Shown piece by piece: positions 10,059 to 19,720 of a DNA stretch of 64,000 bases. The position numbers and the translations under genes were made by a program. The stretch lies in the IMG/VR virus record IMGVR_UViG_3300025927_000001; one strand, given 5' to 3'. The DNA comes from an uncultured virus (IMG/VR IMGVR_UViG_3300025927_000001). Lineage: Duplodnaviria > Heunggongvirae > Uroviricota > Caudoviricetes. Position 1 is the stretch's first letter. Each line of letters opens with the position of its first letter. The notes below the pieces were generated by a model. The model made no database searches, had not been told where the DNA came from, and saw only the letters and a program-made list of their open reading frames with translations.

Positions 10059-10262
10059 CTACCTTAGGAGATTGGGGTTGGGTTCCGCTTCGAGGCGGTC
10101 CGCGAACAGCCGTGCGGTCTTCGCTGCAATCCCAGCGGCGACTGTCATGGCGAAACCCTGGTTCGGGCCGCGGAATTCCATCGCCTGGGCGAAGCGCCGC
10201 AAAGCCGGTGCGTCTTCGAAGCGCAACGGGGCCAGGGGGCGTGGTTTCTTCTTACCGGTCAC
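10059..10262 (-). CDS. Hypothetical protein
   Basis: Coupled to upstream ORF by GTGA overlap. Confidence 0.5.
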   Translation of the reverse strand: MTGKKKPRPLAPLRFEDAPALRRFAQAMEFRGPNQGFAMTVAAGIAAKTARLFADRLEAEPNPNLLR

Positions 10263-10471
10263 GAGTTCAATCCCCCATCGGGCCGGTACACAGCGAGCTG
10301 CGCGACGTTATCCAACACCACGACAATCACACCGGGCGCCAGGTCAGCGAACCGTTCCCTGACCAACGCCGCGTCCTGTGTCGTACAGCGACCAGTGAAA
10401 CCGATTATCAGGGTGTCACCCGCCCGGATAGGCCCAGCCCACGCCTGGACCACCACATTCTTCTCAGCCAC
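10259..10471 (-). CDS. Hypothetical protein
   Basis: Protein-like composition, coupled ORF. Confidence 0.55.
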   Translation of the reverse strand: MAEKNVVVQAWAGPIRAGDTLIIGFTGRCTTQDAALVRERFADLAPGVIVVVLDNVAQLAVYRPDGGLNS

Positions 10472-10495
10472 AGGCCAACCCTAAACTGTCCGCTT

Positions 10496-10849
10496 ATGTC
10501 CCAAACGAGCGTGTACGCGGCCATCATCACCGACCACCACGCTGACGTTGAAGTCAACGTATTCCAAACCGCCGGTGCGGCCATCGAATGGGCCCAAACA
10601 GAAGCCCGGTCCGCAGACCGCCACGGTGTCCTCGACGAGGAACTCACCGACCTCATGCGCCGAGACGGATGGCTATATTACGGGTGCTACTCCGACGAAG
10701 ACGACTTCATTTACGTCATCGAATTGGAACTGTATCGCTGCCCCACGCCGTGTGATAGCGAATGCGATGCACCATGCCATGAAGTCCACGAGGTCACCTA
10801 TAAACGTGAGCACAACCCCAGGGACTGTCGGTCCCGTGGACCGTCTTAG
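10496..10849 (+). CDS. Hypothetical protein (antisense insertion after terL, Cys/His-rich C-terminus)
   Basis: ATG at 10496 directly after TAAACT -10-like box (possibly leaderless). Confidence 0.6.
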   Translation: MSQTSVYAAIITDHHADVEVNVFQTAGAAIEWAQTEARSADRHGVLDEELTDLMRRDGWLYYGCYSDEDDFIYVIELELYRCPTPCDSECDAPCHEVHEVTYKREHNPRDCRSRGPS

Positions 10850-12312
10850 CGAATGGAATCGAGTGGGTCGTAGTCGTCGCCACCGAACAGCGCGAGGCCA
10901 TGCAACGCGAGCGTAACCACCATCAACGGTGAAATGTCCTGCTCGGACAAGCGGCGACCGAAAGCCCACGCACCATCCCCGATGTCACGTTTTTTCGCTG
11001 CCCGCACCGACTCATCGAGAGTTAACTGCCCCAAATGCCGCAGACCGTCACGGTCCGGTGCGTTCGCCGCAGCGAGCATCGACCCGCACGCTTGGGCCAG
11101 CTCCCGGCCGTTAACAAGTTTCGGTTCAATCCCAGCGTCAGCGAGGTCAGTGAGTAGCGCACCAGCTGGACCGGAAGCGTCCATCACCCACGCGATCGGA
11201 CCCCACTGGGCTTGTAACTCGATGACCCGGGCGACCATCCAATCAACCCCGCGTCGGTGATCCAACACACCGTCACGGCCGGTGATCTCAACGTGCGGGA
11301 TCTTGTCCGCCCGGTAACCAGCCACCCCGATACACCCGGACTCAAGACCGGGGCTCACATCGAGGGCGAACACCATCGGCGAGTCATAAATCTGTGAAAC
11401 CGGGTCGAAAAGGGCACCCCACGTGATCGGGTCGATCAGCGGTGCGCCACGCGGATCATCCCAAATACCGAGGACTTCCCGGGCGTACTCAACAGGGTCC
11501 ATGGAACGTTGCGCCAACACCAAAGTGTCCCGGGAAATCCGGATACCCAACGCTGGGTTGGCTTGCGCGAGCACGTGCGGATCAGTGGCCGCAGTCTCAG
11601 GGTCCGCCCGGTAATGGTCCTCGTCAGCTGACCACTCGAAGTACGCGAGGCCAGGGTCGCGGGCCATACCACGTTCCCGGATCCGCCGCAACGCGTGCGA
11701 ACCAGGCTTCCCGGCGCTCGACAAATACCACAACTGCCAGTTCTTTCGCGCGAACAGAATCGGCATCAACGCACCAACGTGATCCGTGGCCAGCGCGAAA
11801 GCCTCGTCGAAAAAGACCATGTCACCGGACCAACCACGGGCCGTCGACCCCGACCGGGCCACGAAGTCAATCCGGGCCCGACTCTTCAGCTCGATCGACT
11901 GTTCTTCGTTGCTCACCCGGATTTGTTTCACTTCACGGTCAAGGTCCGGGTGCGACTCGATGAGCAACTGGATTCGTTCCCGCATCTTCCTCGACGTAGC
12001 CATCAAGTGTGCGGTATAAACGATTTTCAGGCCCTTTAAGTAGATACCATTCAGCGCCGCTACTTCGGCTATGTAACTTTTTCCGTTCTGGCGCGGAATG
12101 ACTAACCCGACTTCAGGTGCAGCCCATCTCTCATTAACGTTCTGCCCCAACGCGCCTTTGAGAACACGACACTGCCACGGGTCGAGGGGGGTGCCGACCA
12201 TCCTGGCCAGCTCGATCGCTTCATCACCGGCGGTGGTCACCCACGGCGGGACCGACTCGATCCGTGGTATCTGGGATCCGAGAACTACCAGTTCGGCGAG
12301 CCCTGAGGTCAT
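10846..12312 (-). CDS. terL: Terminase large subunit
   Basis: LDPWQ, Walker A PRQNGKS, Walker B FFDEA, QANPALG, nuclease ALDVS and DISPL motifs. Confidence 0.95.
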   Translation of the reverse strand: MTSGLAELVVLGSQIPRIESVPPWVTTAGDEAIELARMVGTPLDPWQCRVLKGALGQNVNERWAAPEVGLVIPRQNGKSYIAEVAALNGIYLKGLKIVYTAHLMATSRKMRERIQLLIESHPDLDREVKQIRVSNEEQSIELKSRARIDFVARSGSTARGWSGDMVFFDEAFALATDHVGALMPILFARKNWQLWYLSSAGKPGSHALRRIRERGMARDPGLAYFEWSADEDHYRADPETAATDPHVLAQANPALGIRISRDTLVLAQRSMDPVEYAREVLGIWDDPRGAPLIDPITWGALFDPVSQIYDSPMVFALDVSPGLESGCIGVAGYRADKIPHVEITGRDGVLDHRRGVDWMVARVIELQAQWGPIAWVMDASGPAGALLTDLADAGIEPKLVNGRELAQACGSMLAAANAPDRDGLRHLGQLTLDESVRAAKKRDIGDGAWAFGRRLSEQDISPLMVVTLALHGLALFGGDDYDPLDSIR

Positions 12313-12565
12313 CCAGCTCGCTCCTCACCGGGGTTACCGGCGAGGCCGGTGCTGCTTTTGCTTGGCGCACCGCCAGGCGGCGCAACTCAGCGAGGACACG
12401 TTGGACACCACCACCGCTGGGGCTGTGGCCGTCGTCGAAGTTGCGGGCGTGGATCCGACCGACCTCGATCAAGCCGCACTCACGGGCTTGGAGGTCTTGC
12501 GGTAGCTGCCTGACCTGCTTGTTGTAAGCCATCAGGGCGGTGACACGGACCACCAGCACCCCCAT
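12224..12565 (-). CDS. Probable terminase small subunit
   Basis: Overlaps terL start; LDDLRARR C-terminal motif typical of actinophage TerS. Confidence 0.65.
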   Translation of the reverse strand: MGVLVVRVTALMAYNKQVRQLPQDLQARECGLIEVGRIHARNFDDGHSPSGGGVQRVLAELRRLAVRQAKAAPASPVTPVRSELDDLRARRTGSSRIPDTTDRVGPAVGDHRR

Positions 12566-12628
12566 GTCTGATTTGACGATGTCGTTAAGGTGTGCGCATC
12601 ACCCCCCTACGCGCCTAGAGAGGGTAAA

Positions 12629-12842
12629 AATGATTCCAAGACTGGTGCTGTGCGCGATCGTGGCTATCGGGATCAGCGTCGACGGGATCATCGCGACCAG
12701 TCACGCGCTGCCAGCGCTGGTTCTCGCGGTGATGGCTGTGACTAACACCGCGAGCTGTACGATCGCTTTCCTGCTCGGTCAGCTAAGCGTCGTCAGCGAA
12801 GTCAAACGGCAGCTAACGGCCAGAGACGGTGAGACTGGATGA
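12629..12842 (+). CDS. Small membrane protein (approximate start)
   Basis: MIPRLVLC… two hydrophobic segments after GAGAGGG. Confidence 0.4.
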
Positions 12843-13046
12843 TGAAACTCCGAGAGTTCTATCGGAAAGTCATGGAGCGTTAGGGGACGTGTCAGTAGTA
12901 GTGCCGGCGGCCACCGACGGGATGCCCAACCGCACCCAAAATCTCCAAAATCACACCAATAACGATCAGCACGATACCCAACTGGATCACCAGCGGAATC
13001 GTCGGAATGAGCCAACCCACGATCAGCAGAACAATACCTAATACGA

Positions 13047-13247
13047 TCACGGCATCAGCTCCTTAATCCGGTTCAGATAAGTTGTCTCAACCCACTCTTC
13101 GCCGAACGAAAACGTTTCCGTACCATCCCCAAGTAGCACAAACTGATGATTACCTTCTTCGTAACCCAACGCATAACCACGCGGGTGGAACACCACGCGA
13201 TTGATCAACCACAGCAAACCATCAGTCCGCAAATCAACCTCGCGCAA
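13047..13247 (-). CDS. Conserved-looking phage hypothetical protein
   Basis: GLLWLINRVVFHPRGYAL motif; GGAGG RBS. Confidence 0.65.
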   Translation of the reverse strand: MREVDLRTDGLLWLINRVVFHPRGYALGYEEGNHQFVLLGDGTETFSFGEEWVETTYLNRIKELMP

Positions 13248-13267
13248 ATCCCCTCCAAGGACACGAA

Positions 13268-13600
13268 ATGCTAATACGCATGTTTCGCAGCGCCATCAGT
13301 GAGATCCGGTTCGCCTACCAGCGGGTAGTGCGAGGCTGGGATGACCGCGCACTGTGGAGTCTCGACCACCACCTGGCGAAGACGCTCGGGGCACAGCTAC
13401 TTCGCATGGCTGATATCGCTCACGGATACCCCTGCGAGGACGGCTGGACGTTCGAGCGATGGACCGCAGAGCTGCGCCAGCACGGGAAAACGTTGGCTGC
13501 TTACGGTGACAGCGAAGGTCGGGAGTACGACACCGTCTATCCATCAGCCCGTGAGGCGCTGGAGTGGGTAGCGGCGAACCTCGGTTCCCTGTGGGATTGA
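13268..13600 (+). CDS. Hypothetical phage protein
   Basis: QR..RGW.D…WSLD…HGYP…W…LWD pattern. Confidence 0.7.
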   Translation: MLIRMFRSAISEIRFAYQRVVRGWDDRALWSLDHHLAKTLGAQLLRMADIAHGYPCEDGWTFERWTAELRQHGKTLAAYGDSEGREYDTVYPSAREALEWVAANLGSLWD

Positions 13601-13608
13601 CACTCGGC

Positions 13609-13818
13609 CTAATCCTCCATCGGGAACACCCGGCCAGATCCACTGGCCGTAACGACCGCGACACCAGTGACCAGCAACGCGACCACACCAACCGCGACCC
13701 AATACCGTCTCCGCTTCGGCGGTGACATCAAACCCAAACCCACCAGCAGCCGCTGGACCTCACCGCACAGGGCCTCAGCACGATCCACAGCCCGGTCCGA
13801 CACTTCCCCCACGATCAA
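13609..13818 (-). CDS. Small membrane protein
   Basis: GAAAGGA RBS, one TM segment. Confidence 0.5.
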   Translation of the reverse strand: MIVGEVSDRAVDRAEALCGEVQRLLVGLGLMSPPKRRRYWVAVGVVALLVTGVAVVTASGSGRVFPMED

Positions 13819-14000
13819 ATCCTTTCTGACTCGTCTACGGCGATCCAGCGGCGCGGTGTACTAGCGCCCGGCAGCCACCGGTGCCGCAACGGATCCGGGC
13901 ACCCAACCAACGCACCTCACGACGACGCGGCCGACCGCCGCCACCAGGATCTTGCTGAGTGATCAACGAAAGCCTCCCCAATACACTTGTCGCGCGGAAT

Positions 14001-14073
14001 GTCCCCATCATCTAGCGGCCAAGGATCCTGCCCTTTCACGGCAGGTGCGCGGGTTCGAATCCCGCTGGGGATA
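14001..14073 (+). tRNA. tRNA-Glu(TTC)
   Basis: Cloverleaf GTCCCCA/TGGGGAT; anticodon arm CTGCC-CTTTCAC-GGCAG; T arm GCGGG-TTCGAAT-CCCGC; CCA not encoded. Confidence 0.9.
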
Positions 14074-14074
14074 C

Positions 14075-14269
14075 GTGACGACCGAACCCGCGCTGCTACT
14101 CGCGCACCCACCCGCACCATGCCGCCGATGCGGGCAAACCGCCTACACCGCCTACACCGACTGCGTCACCTGCCGGCGACCCATCTGCCACCGCGGGTGC
14201 GTCGCCGACCACCACTGCGGCGGGCAACAGCAAACCCAAGACGTCCTACCCAGCAACCAACTCGTCTAA
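14075..14269 (+). CDS. Small Cys-rich (Zn-finger-like) protein
   Basis: CxxC…CxxC…CxxxC…HHC; GTG start just after tRNA-Glu. Confidence 0.5.
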   Translation: MTTEPALLLAHPPAPCRRCGQTAYTAYTDCVTCRRPICHRGCVADHHCGGQQQTQDVLPSNQLV

Positions 14270-14470
14270 AACGGTCACCGGCAACGGGGCACCCTCACAA
14301 CAACTCGCCTTCTGACGGCACCCCGGATTCGGGCACAACCAGCGGCACGCGATCGGATCGAACACCTCACCACACGCATCGCAAACCAAACCCGTCACAA
14401 AATCCGGTGGACGGCGGACCTGCTGGATCTTCTCGATCGGTTCGTCGTCTACGTAAAAGTCGTCGCTCAT
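14246..14470 (-). CDS. Small Zn-ribbon protein
   Basis: CDACG…CRWLCP..GC..KASCCEG motif. Confidence 0.6.
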   Translation of the reverse strand: MSDDFYVDDEPIEKIQQVRRPPDFVTGLVCDACGEVFDPIACRWLCPNPGCRQKASCCEGAPLPVTVLDELVAG

Positions 14471-14779
14471 TCCAACTGCTCCAGCCTGCATTGTCGGCCG
14501 CCACAGTCAGGGCACGAAACTGATTCACAGTCATCATGCACGAGTGCCCAATGCTCCCAATGGCGCGGATCGATCCGCTCGGATAGTCCAAGTAGTCGGA
14601 TAGACGCAGCGCAGGAAAGCCACCGTCGCCCTACGCAACGGAACCCGCGCGGGTTATCTGCCAGCTCGTACGTGCGTTGCCAGGTCTTCACGCAGGAGAG
14701 CCACCCGGCGCACCGGAAGACGGCCCGGGCGATCGCCGTACGGGCAGGGTCAGCTTCGCAGCTGAGCAGTCGAGCCACG

Positions 14780-14852
14780 TCAGACAGGTGGGACTCGAAC
14801 CCACGATCATCGCGTCCCAAACGCGAGGGCCTAGCCGCTAGCCGACTGTCTG
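14780..14852 (-). tRNA. tRNA-Pro(TGG)
   Basis: CAGACAG/CTGTCTG acceptor; TCGCG-TTTGGGA-CGCGA anticodon arm; GTGGG-TTCGAGT-CCCAC T arm. Confidence 0.88.
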
Positions 14853-15299
14853 CCAACAACATCACCAGCTCGGCAACACACCCGCGATCGTCAACGCCAG
14901 CAGCAAAACCAACAACACCAACACCACCGTCAACGCGAGCTGAACATCATCAAGAAGGTTCACGGCACGTGACGATAGCCGTTCGCCGATAGCGAACCAA
15001 ACGTGGTACTTATTTGTTTCACTAGCAGGAACTATCTCGCGGCACTGAAAAGCCTTGCTCAATCAGAAAAGAGGCTCGACGAAGCGATCCTGAAACTCAG
15101 AACGTGATGTCGAAACACCATATAAATGCCGCTCGCGGTAACAGGCAATAGCTGAACCACTACAGGCAATTACAAACGCGCCGTGACCACAGCTACGACC
15201 AGTAGTAGTCCCGCGCCACGGCGTCGACCCGACAGCGGGTCCGTAATCAACCGACATCGGCCCGTTAACGCCCTGAAACGCACCGTAATTGAGTGACAT

Positions 15300-15480
15300 C
15301 GGCCAGTCACAATTGCATTTCCACATTGTGGAGAGAGATTTCCGGCGACTGGTCCCCGCTTTACGCCCGTCGGCTCTAAAAACGGTCACCCTACGTAGCG
15401 GCACGTGCGGTAATGGTTGGTGACGGCGAATTACCACCGTTTGGGGGGCGGCCATTGGGGTGGCGCGTTCGGGTGAAAAC
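15300..15480. other. Candidate packaging terminus (cos-like) region
   Basis: Mostly non-coding strand-switch zone between HNH and terS; minus strand reads GGTGACCGTTTTTAGAG…CGCCGGAAATCTCTCTCC, resembling sequences upstream of terS in actinobacterial cos phages. Confidence 0.4.
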
Positions 15481-15826
15481 GGTGTGTGGTGGATCAGCGA
15501 CTCCAAATTACCACTGGTTGGTCTAGTGGGTTGAACTTCACCCGTTTGCTAGCGGGTTTGTGCTGGTCACGGCCCTATATCGGGGACATTCGGGCTAGGC
15601 TTAGGGCCTGTCCCGACCCCGACCGGAAAGGCGGTCCGACCCTCACGCGTTGCGCGTGATCACAAGTGGTGCGCCCCCGCATTTATCGCGGGTGAGCCAA
15701 CGAGCCGAGGACGCTAGGAAGCGCGCCCGGGAAGCTGTCCGCGAGGTATGCCCCTTAGGGGCGGTAGCGCGTAGCTCCGACCGGGTGTCGCGGGTACAGG
15801 GTGCGGCAGCCACGTCATAGATCGAA

Positions 15827-15874
15827 GGTTCCGCGATTAGCGGGAGGCTGCCGGATCGAATCCGGCCGGAACCG
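15827..15874 (+). ncRNA. tRNA minihelix-like element 1 (acceptor stem + T arm)
   Basis: GGTTCCG/CGGAACC 7-bp stem stacked on GCCGG-ATCGAAT-CCGGC; near-copy at 20776. Confidence 0.55.
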
Positions 15875-15913
15875 CTCTGTAATCAATCAAGTCTAGCGCG
15901 AAGGATGATCGGT

Positions 15914-16057
15914 ATGACGTTCTGTTACTCCACCTACATATCCGTCGACACATTACGTTCCGAGTGTTGTGACGCGGAGGTCACTCGCACTGTTGACGGT
16001 AACGGTGCGTGTGAGTGCGACACGTGCGGCAACCTTTGTTTCGTTTACGAGATCTAG
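15914..16057 (+). CDS. Small Cys-rich protein (47 aa)
   Basis: Hand-translated MTFCYSTY…SECC…CECDTCGNLC; AAGGA RBS. Confidence 0.55.
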   Translation: MTFCYSTYISVDTLRSECCDAEVTRTVDGNGACECDTCGNLCFVYEI

Positions 16058-16070
16058 GGAGTTATGGATC

Positions 16071-16265
16071 ATGAGTCAATCAATGACGAACCTATGTGGT
16101 CGCGACCTAGGCGACGGTACGCGATGCGACAACGTTAACGGACCTTGGCACTGTGGTCCGTGCGGTAACGGCCCGTGGGTGGTGACCGTGGGTACCAGCG
16201 CAGCGGTTAAGCAGCTGGACGCGGTGTTGCGTACAGCGCTGGAAACGATCAGGCCATGCGACTAG
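16071..16265 (+). CDS. Small Cys-containing protein
   Basis: GGGAG RBS; packed operon. Confidence 0.55.
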   Translation: MSQSMTNLCGRDLGDGTRCDNVNGPWHCGPCGNGPWVVTVGTSAAVKQLDAVLRTALETIRPCD

Positions 16266-16804
16266 CTCACCGGGTGTGGCTTGGTGTCGCAGCGGCGGTG
16301 ATGGTGGCCGGCATCGCGCATGCCGAGTTGGCGGGGCCGCCGCAGCACGCGGTTACGCCGGTGCAGGTGATAGCAGCACCGGCACCGGCTGAGGCTTACC
16401 TGTGTGCCGTGCGGTGCCCCGGTTATGTGGAGCCCGCGGACGGGCCGACCACGATGGCTGAGGCACGGGCGATGGCTGAGGCGCAGCGCGCGGACGCCGG
16501 GTACTGGACGGCCCATAAGGGCGTGGGTGTGGTGCCACCTAACGGCCCGGTGATCGTGACCCAGTACGTACCGGTACCGGCGGCTGGTCAGCAGGCCACG
16601 GTGCAGCCAAAGGCGAGCAAGGCGACCAGCACGCGGGCTACTGCGCAACCTAAGGCAGCGAAAGCGCCTAAGGCACCCGCGGCATCTAAGGCGCCGAAGC
16701 AGGCGCAGCCGAGCACGACGGTGACGTCGAAGCAGTCCACTCGAACTACCGCTACGGGCACCGTGACGGTGACTAACAGCACGACCACAACCACGAAGGG
16801 TTAA
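16256..16804 (+). CDS. Secreted/membrane protein with Lys/Ala/Thr-rich tail
   Basis: N-terminal signal peptide; low-complexity C-terminus. Confidence 0.65.
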   Translation: MRLAHRVWLGVAAAVMVAGIAHAELAGPPQHAVTPVQVIAAPAPAEAYLCAVRCPGYVEPADGPTTMAEARAMAEAQRADAGYWTAHKGVGVVPPNGPVIVTQYVPVPAAGQQATVQPKASKATSTRATAQPKAAKAPKAPAASKAPKQAQPSTTVTSKQSTRTTATGTVTVTNSTTTTTKG

Positions 16805-16806
16805 CC

Positions 16807-16983
16807 ATGCCTGACATGACGAATAACCAGGTGATTGCGCTTAGCAACCTCTGCGAGCGGTACGGGGTCGACTTCGATCCGGCTAACTTCCTGCCCCGCT
16901 TCGACCTACCTGCTGGGTATGTGGCCGGATGGGTCGGGACGTTGTATGTGGGGTGTGATCCGGATGGCGCGATCTCCTCTTGA
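16807..16983 (+). CDS. Small hypothetical protein (58 aa)
   Basis: Hand-translated MPDMTNNQVIALSNLCERYGVDF…YVGCDPDGAISS. Confidence 0.65.
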   Translation: MPDMTNNQVIALSNLCERYGVDFDPANFLPRFDLPAGYVAGWVGTLYVGCDPDGAISS

Positions 16984-17182
16984 CCCGTATTGCCGTACGT
17001 GCGGGCTACTGCACCATCCGTTTGAGCGGCTCGAATCGATTGTGGCGGCGTGCCTTAACGGTGTGTTCGCTGCGGGTACGTGGCTTACCCACGCTAAGTG
17101 ACCTAGCTAGTTCCCAGCTGTCCGATGGGGCGGACGGTTGGATTGCCTGCTATGGCAACTACAGCGCGAAAGGAAACGAGGC

Positions 17183-17503
17183 ATGCAAGCATATATGAAG
17201 GTGGTAGATAGCGGGTGGGCACCACCTACGTTCATCGTTACGCGGTTCGATGACGCTATCAAGTATCACGTGATGATAGGTGGCTCGAACGTCGGTAGCG
17301 TGATGCGTTATCACGCGGACAATTGGTACGCGACTCCGGACGATTGCACGGGCGGACCGTGCTCTGCTGACGCCGCCCGCTATAGGTGGGCTGGTGGGTT
17401 CCGTACACGTCGTGAGGCTGTAGCGCACCTACGGGGGCATGCAAACGCCGGTAGCGCGTGGTGGGCCGAAGCGGCATCACCGGAATGGCAGGCACGGCCA
17501 TGA
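17183..17503 (+). CDS. Hypothetical protein
   Basis: GAAAGGA RBS; F.TRREAV..L motif. Confidence 0.6.
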   Translation: MQAYMKVVDSGWAPPTFIVTRFDDAIKYHVMIGGSNVGSVMRYHADNWYATPDDCTGGPCSADAARYRWAGGFRTRREAVAHLRGHANAGSAWWAEAASPEWQARP

Positions 17504-17721
17504 GGACGACTGTCCGCGCTGGCCTAGCCGCTGTGCTGGCCGCTGGCATTGCCGCCACGGGGCTGTTCACGGGCGCGGTGCACGTGTACGGCCTGGACGC
17601 GCACTCGTTGAACTACGGGGTCACGGCTAGCGGGTACGGGTTCGAGATTCAGGGTGTCGACGGCCCCGGGTGGTTCCACTGCGGGCACAGCGTCGGCCCG
17701 ATACCAGGAACGGACTGCTGA
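17500..17721 (+). CDS. Small secreted/membrane protein
   Basis: ATGA overlap; signal-like N-terminus. Confidence 0.55.
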   Translation: MRTTVRAGLAAVLAAGIAATGLFTGAVHVYGLDAHSLNYGVTASGYGFEIQGVDGPGWFHCGHSVGPIPGTDC

Positions 17722-17723
17722 CG

Positions 17724-18086
17724 ATGAAAACAGATGAGGCCCGCGCGATGGGTATGGCTTACGTGTGGGGCCGCCAGGATGCGGGCGAAAGTGAACGTGA
17801 CACCGGGTTCAGTATCCACTTTGGTGAGGCGTACGCGTTGCGGGCTGAGGCTTACAACACGGAGCGCACGTGGTCGATGATCCCGCTGCAGTCCGCGTGG
17901 GATGAGTGGCAAGCGACGAAGTGTCTCACGTACAAAACCCGCGACGGGTACCGGGAGATCGGTTTAGGGCATCCGGAAGGGCACCCTAGCGACCTACGGG
18001 TTATCGAGACGGTGTCCGCTGGCCCTGAATTCTGGGAACGCCCCGAATACACACGCAGGGCCGGTCCGACCCGCGTAACGCTGTAA
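17724..18086 (+). CDS. Hypothetical phage protein
   Basis: A.AYVWGRQDAG…F…Y motif. Confidence 0.65.
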   Translation: MKTDEARAMGMAYVWGRQDAGESERDTGFSIHFGEAYALRAEAYNTERTWSMIPLQSAWDEWQATKCLTYKTRDGYREIGLGHPEGHPSDLRVIETVSAGPEFWERPEYTRRAGPTRVTL

Positions 18087-18116
18087 CGCGTAATGCGGAA
18101 TGTGAAGGGAGGAACG

Positions 18117-19250
18117 GTGAGTACGCAGGTACAAACGGTAACGACGATTGAGCGTCCGTTACAGGATGTGACCAGTCAAGCACTTGACGCGGTACAGGGC
18201 GAATTCGACAAATATCTAGTGTTCCCGTCGCCTGAGGCACGGGACGCTGTTGTTCTGTGGACGTTGCACACGTACGTGTTCGATCAGTTCGGTTCGACAC
18301 CGCGGTTGTCTATCCGGAGTACGGGGCCGGGTAGCGGTAAGTCCCGGGTGCTGGAGCTGATCGCGGAACTGGCACCTAAGGCGGTGTCCGCGGTGTATTT
18401 AGAGCCCGCTGTGATGTGGCGGTTGATTAACGCGGGTGCACCGACGCTGTTGCTAGATGAGTGCGACACGGTTTTCGGTAAGGCCGGTAGCGGGACGTCG
18501 CACGTTGGGTTGCGGTCCATTATCAACGCTGGGCACCGTGCGGGTTCGACGGTACCTAGGTGTGTTGGCAGTGAGGACGTTAAGGAATTCCGGGTGTTTT
18601 CACCGGTCGCGCTGGCGGGTATCGGGCGGCTACCGGACACGATCGCCACGCGGTCTGTGGAGATCGTGATGCGCAAACGGCGTGACGGTGACCCGGTCGT
18701 TAAGCCGTTCCGGTTGAAGTTGGCCGGTGACAGTCTGAAAGTCACGGCCGGTCTACTCAGCTTCTGGGCTACCCGGGCGGCGTTGCCGTTGTCCGTGGCG
18801 ATGCCGGACCTACCGGTCGAAGACCGCGCGGCCGACGTGTGGGAACCGCTGGTAGCGATAGCGGACCTAGCGGGCCCCGTGTGGGCCGCTAGGGCACGGG
18901 CGGCGTGTACCCGGCTGGTAGCTGAGGCCAGTAGCCGACCGGTCGCGAGTGTCGGTGTCCGGTTGCTGACGGATATCCGGGCGGTGTTCGACACGGAGGT
19001 ACTGGTACCAGCGGACCTAATCCAGCGGCTGCACGGGGTCCCTGAAAGCCCATGGGAGGGCGGTCAGTTCACTAGCCGCCAGATGGCACGGGTGCTAGCG
19101 GAGTACGGCGTGCGGGCCACCACGGCGCGGGTAGCGGGCACCCCGTGCCGCGCGTACCTACGTGACGCGTTCACCGCGGCGTGGGCGATGTACCTGCCAG
19201 CGGAACGCGTCGCAGAGCAGGCGCAAGTCGAAGCAGAGGCAGTGATCTAG
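18117..19250 (+). CDS. DUF3631-like P-loop protein
   Basis: LW.LHT, TPRL, GSGKS, LLLDECD, LPDTI.TRS, DRAADVWEPL.AIADLAG..W motifs. Confidence 0.85.
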   Translation: MSTQVQTVTTIERPLQDVTSQALDAVQGEFDKYLVFPSPEARDAVVLWTLHTYVFDQFGSTPRLSIRSTGPGSGKSRVLELIAELAPKAVSAVYLEPAVMWRLINAGAPTLLLDECDTVFGKAGSGTSHVGLRSIINAGHRAGSTVPRCVGSEDVKEFRVFSPVALAGIGRLPDTIATRSVEIVMRKRRDGDPVVKPFRLKLAGDSLKVTAGLLSFWATRAALPLSVAMPDLPVEDRAADVWEPLVAIADLAGPVWAARARAACTRLVAEASSRPVASVGVRLLTDIRAVFDTEVLVPADLIQRLHGVPESPWEGGQFTSRQMARVLAEYGVRATTARVAGTPCRAYLRDAFTAAWAMYLPAERVAEQAQVEAEAVI

Positions 19251-19303
19251 ACGGGGTGCGCTATCCGGCGCACCCACAACAGCGCGAAACGAAGGGCAGT
19301 GCA

Positions 19304-19513
19304 ATGCGTGGCATAGTAGGAATTATGGCTATCGGTATGGCGGCCATATACACGATAGGTTTGGCCATATACGCGATAGCTTCGGCGCTTCACCACTGGT
19401 ATGTGACGGTGCCCGCTGTGATCGTGATCACGGTACTCGTGCTGCACTACCAGTCTAAACAGCGCAAGCCGCCGGCGAATACATCACAAGCCCGCTGGTC
19501 GAATCGGCGATAA
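19304..19513 (+). CDS. Small two-TM membrane protein
   Basis: Hydrophobic segments; RBS. Confidence 0.55.
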   Translation: MRGIVGIMAIGMAAIYTIGLAIYAIASALHHWYVTVPAVIVITVLVLHYQSKQRKPPANTSQARWSNRR

Positions 19514-19720
19514 CGGCAGGACGGTCGGGGACGGCATGACTAGACGACGGATATGCGCCCGTGAGGGTTGCACCAACGAGATCCCACTACGGGTCGATAG
19601 GCGGACCGGGCAAACGGTCCCACCCAACGAGGACAAACAATTCTGTTCACCGCGTTGCCGTAAAGCTGACTGGCGGAAACGGCAACGCGACGGACCGGCG
19701 AAAGAAAAGGACTGATCACA

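Noticed and set aside
15063..15506. 147-aa minus-strand ORF
   Set aside because: TTG start without RBS, no protein-like motifs, and it overlaps the probable terminus/regulatory region.
18284..18994. Long antisense ORF (and similar ones opposite capsid, terminase, ATPase and integrase genes)
   Set aside because: Expected by-product of GC-rich codon bias opposite well-supported genes.
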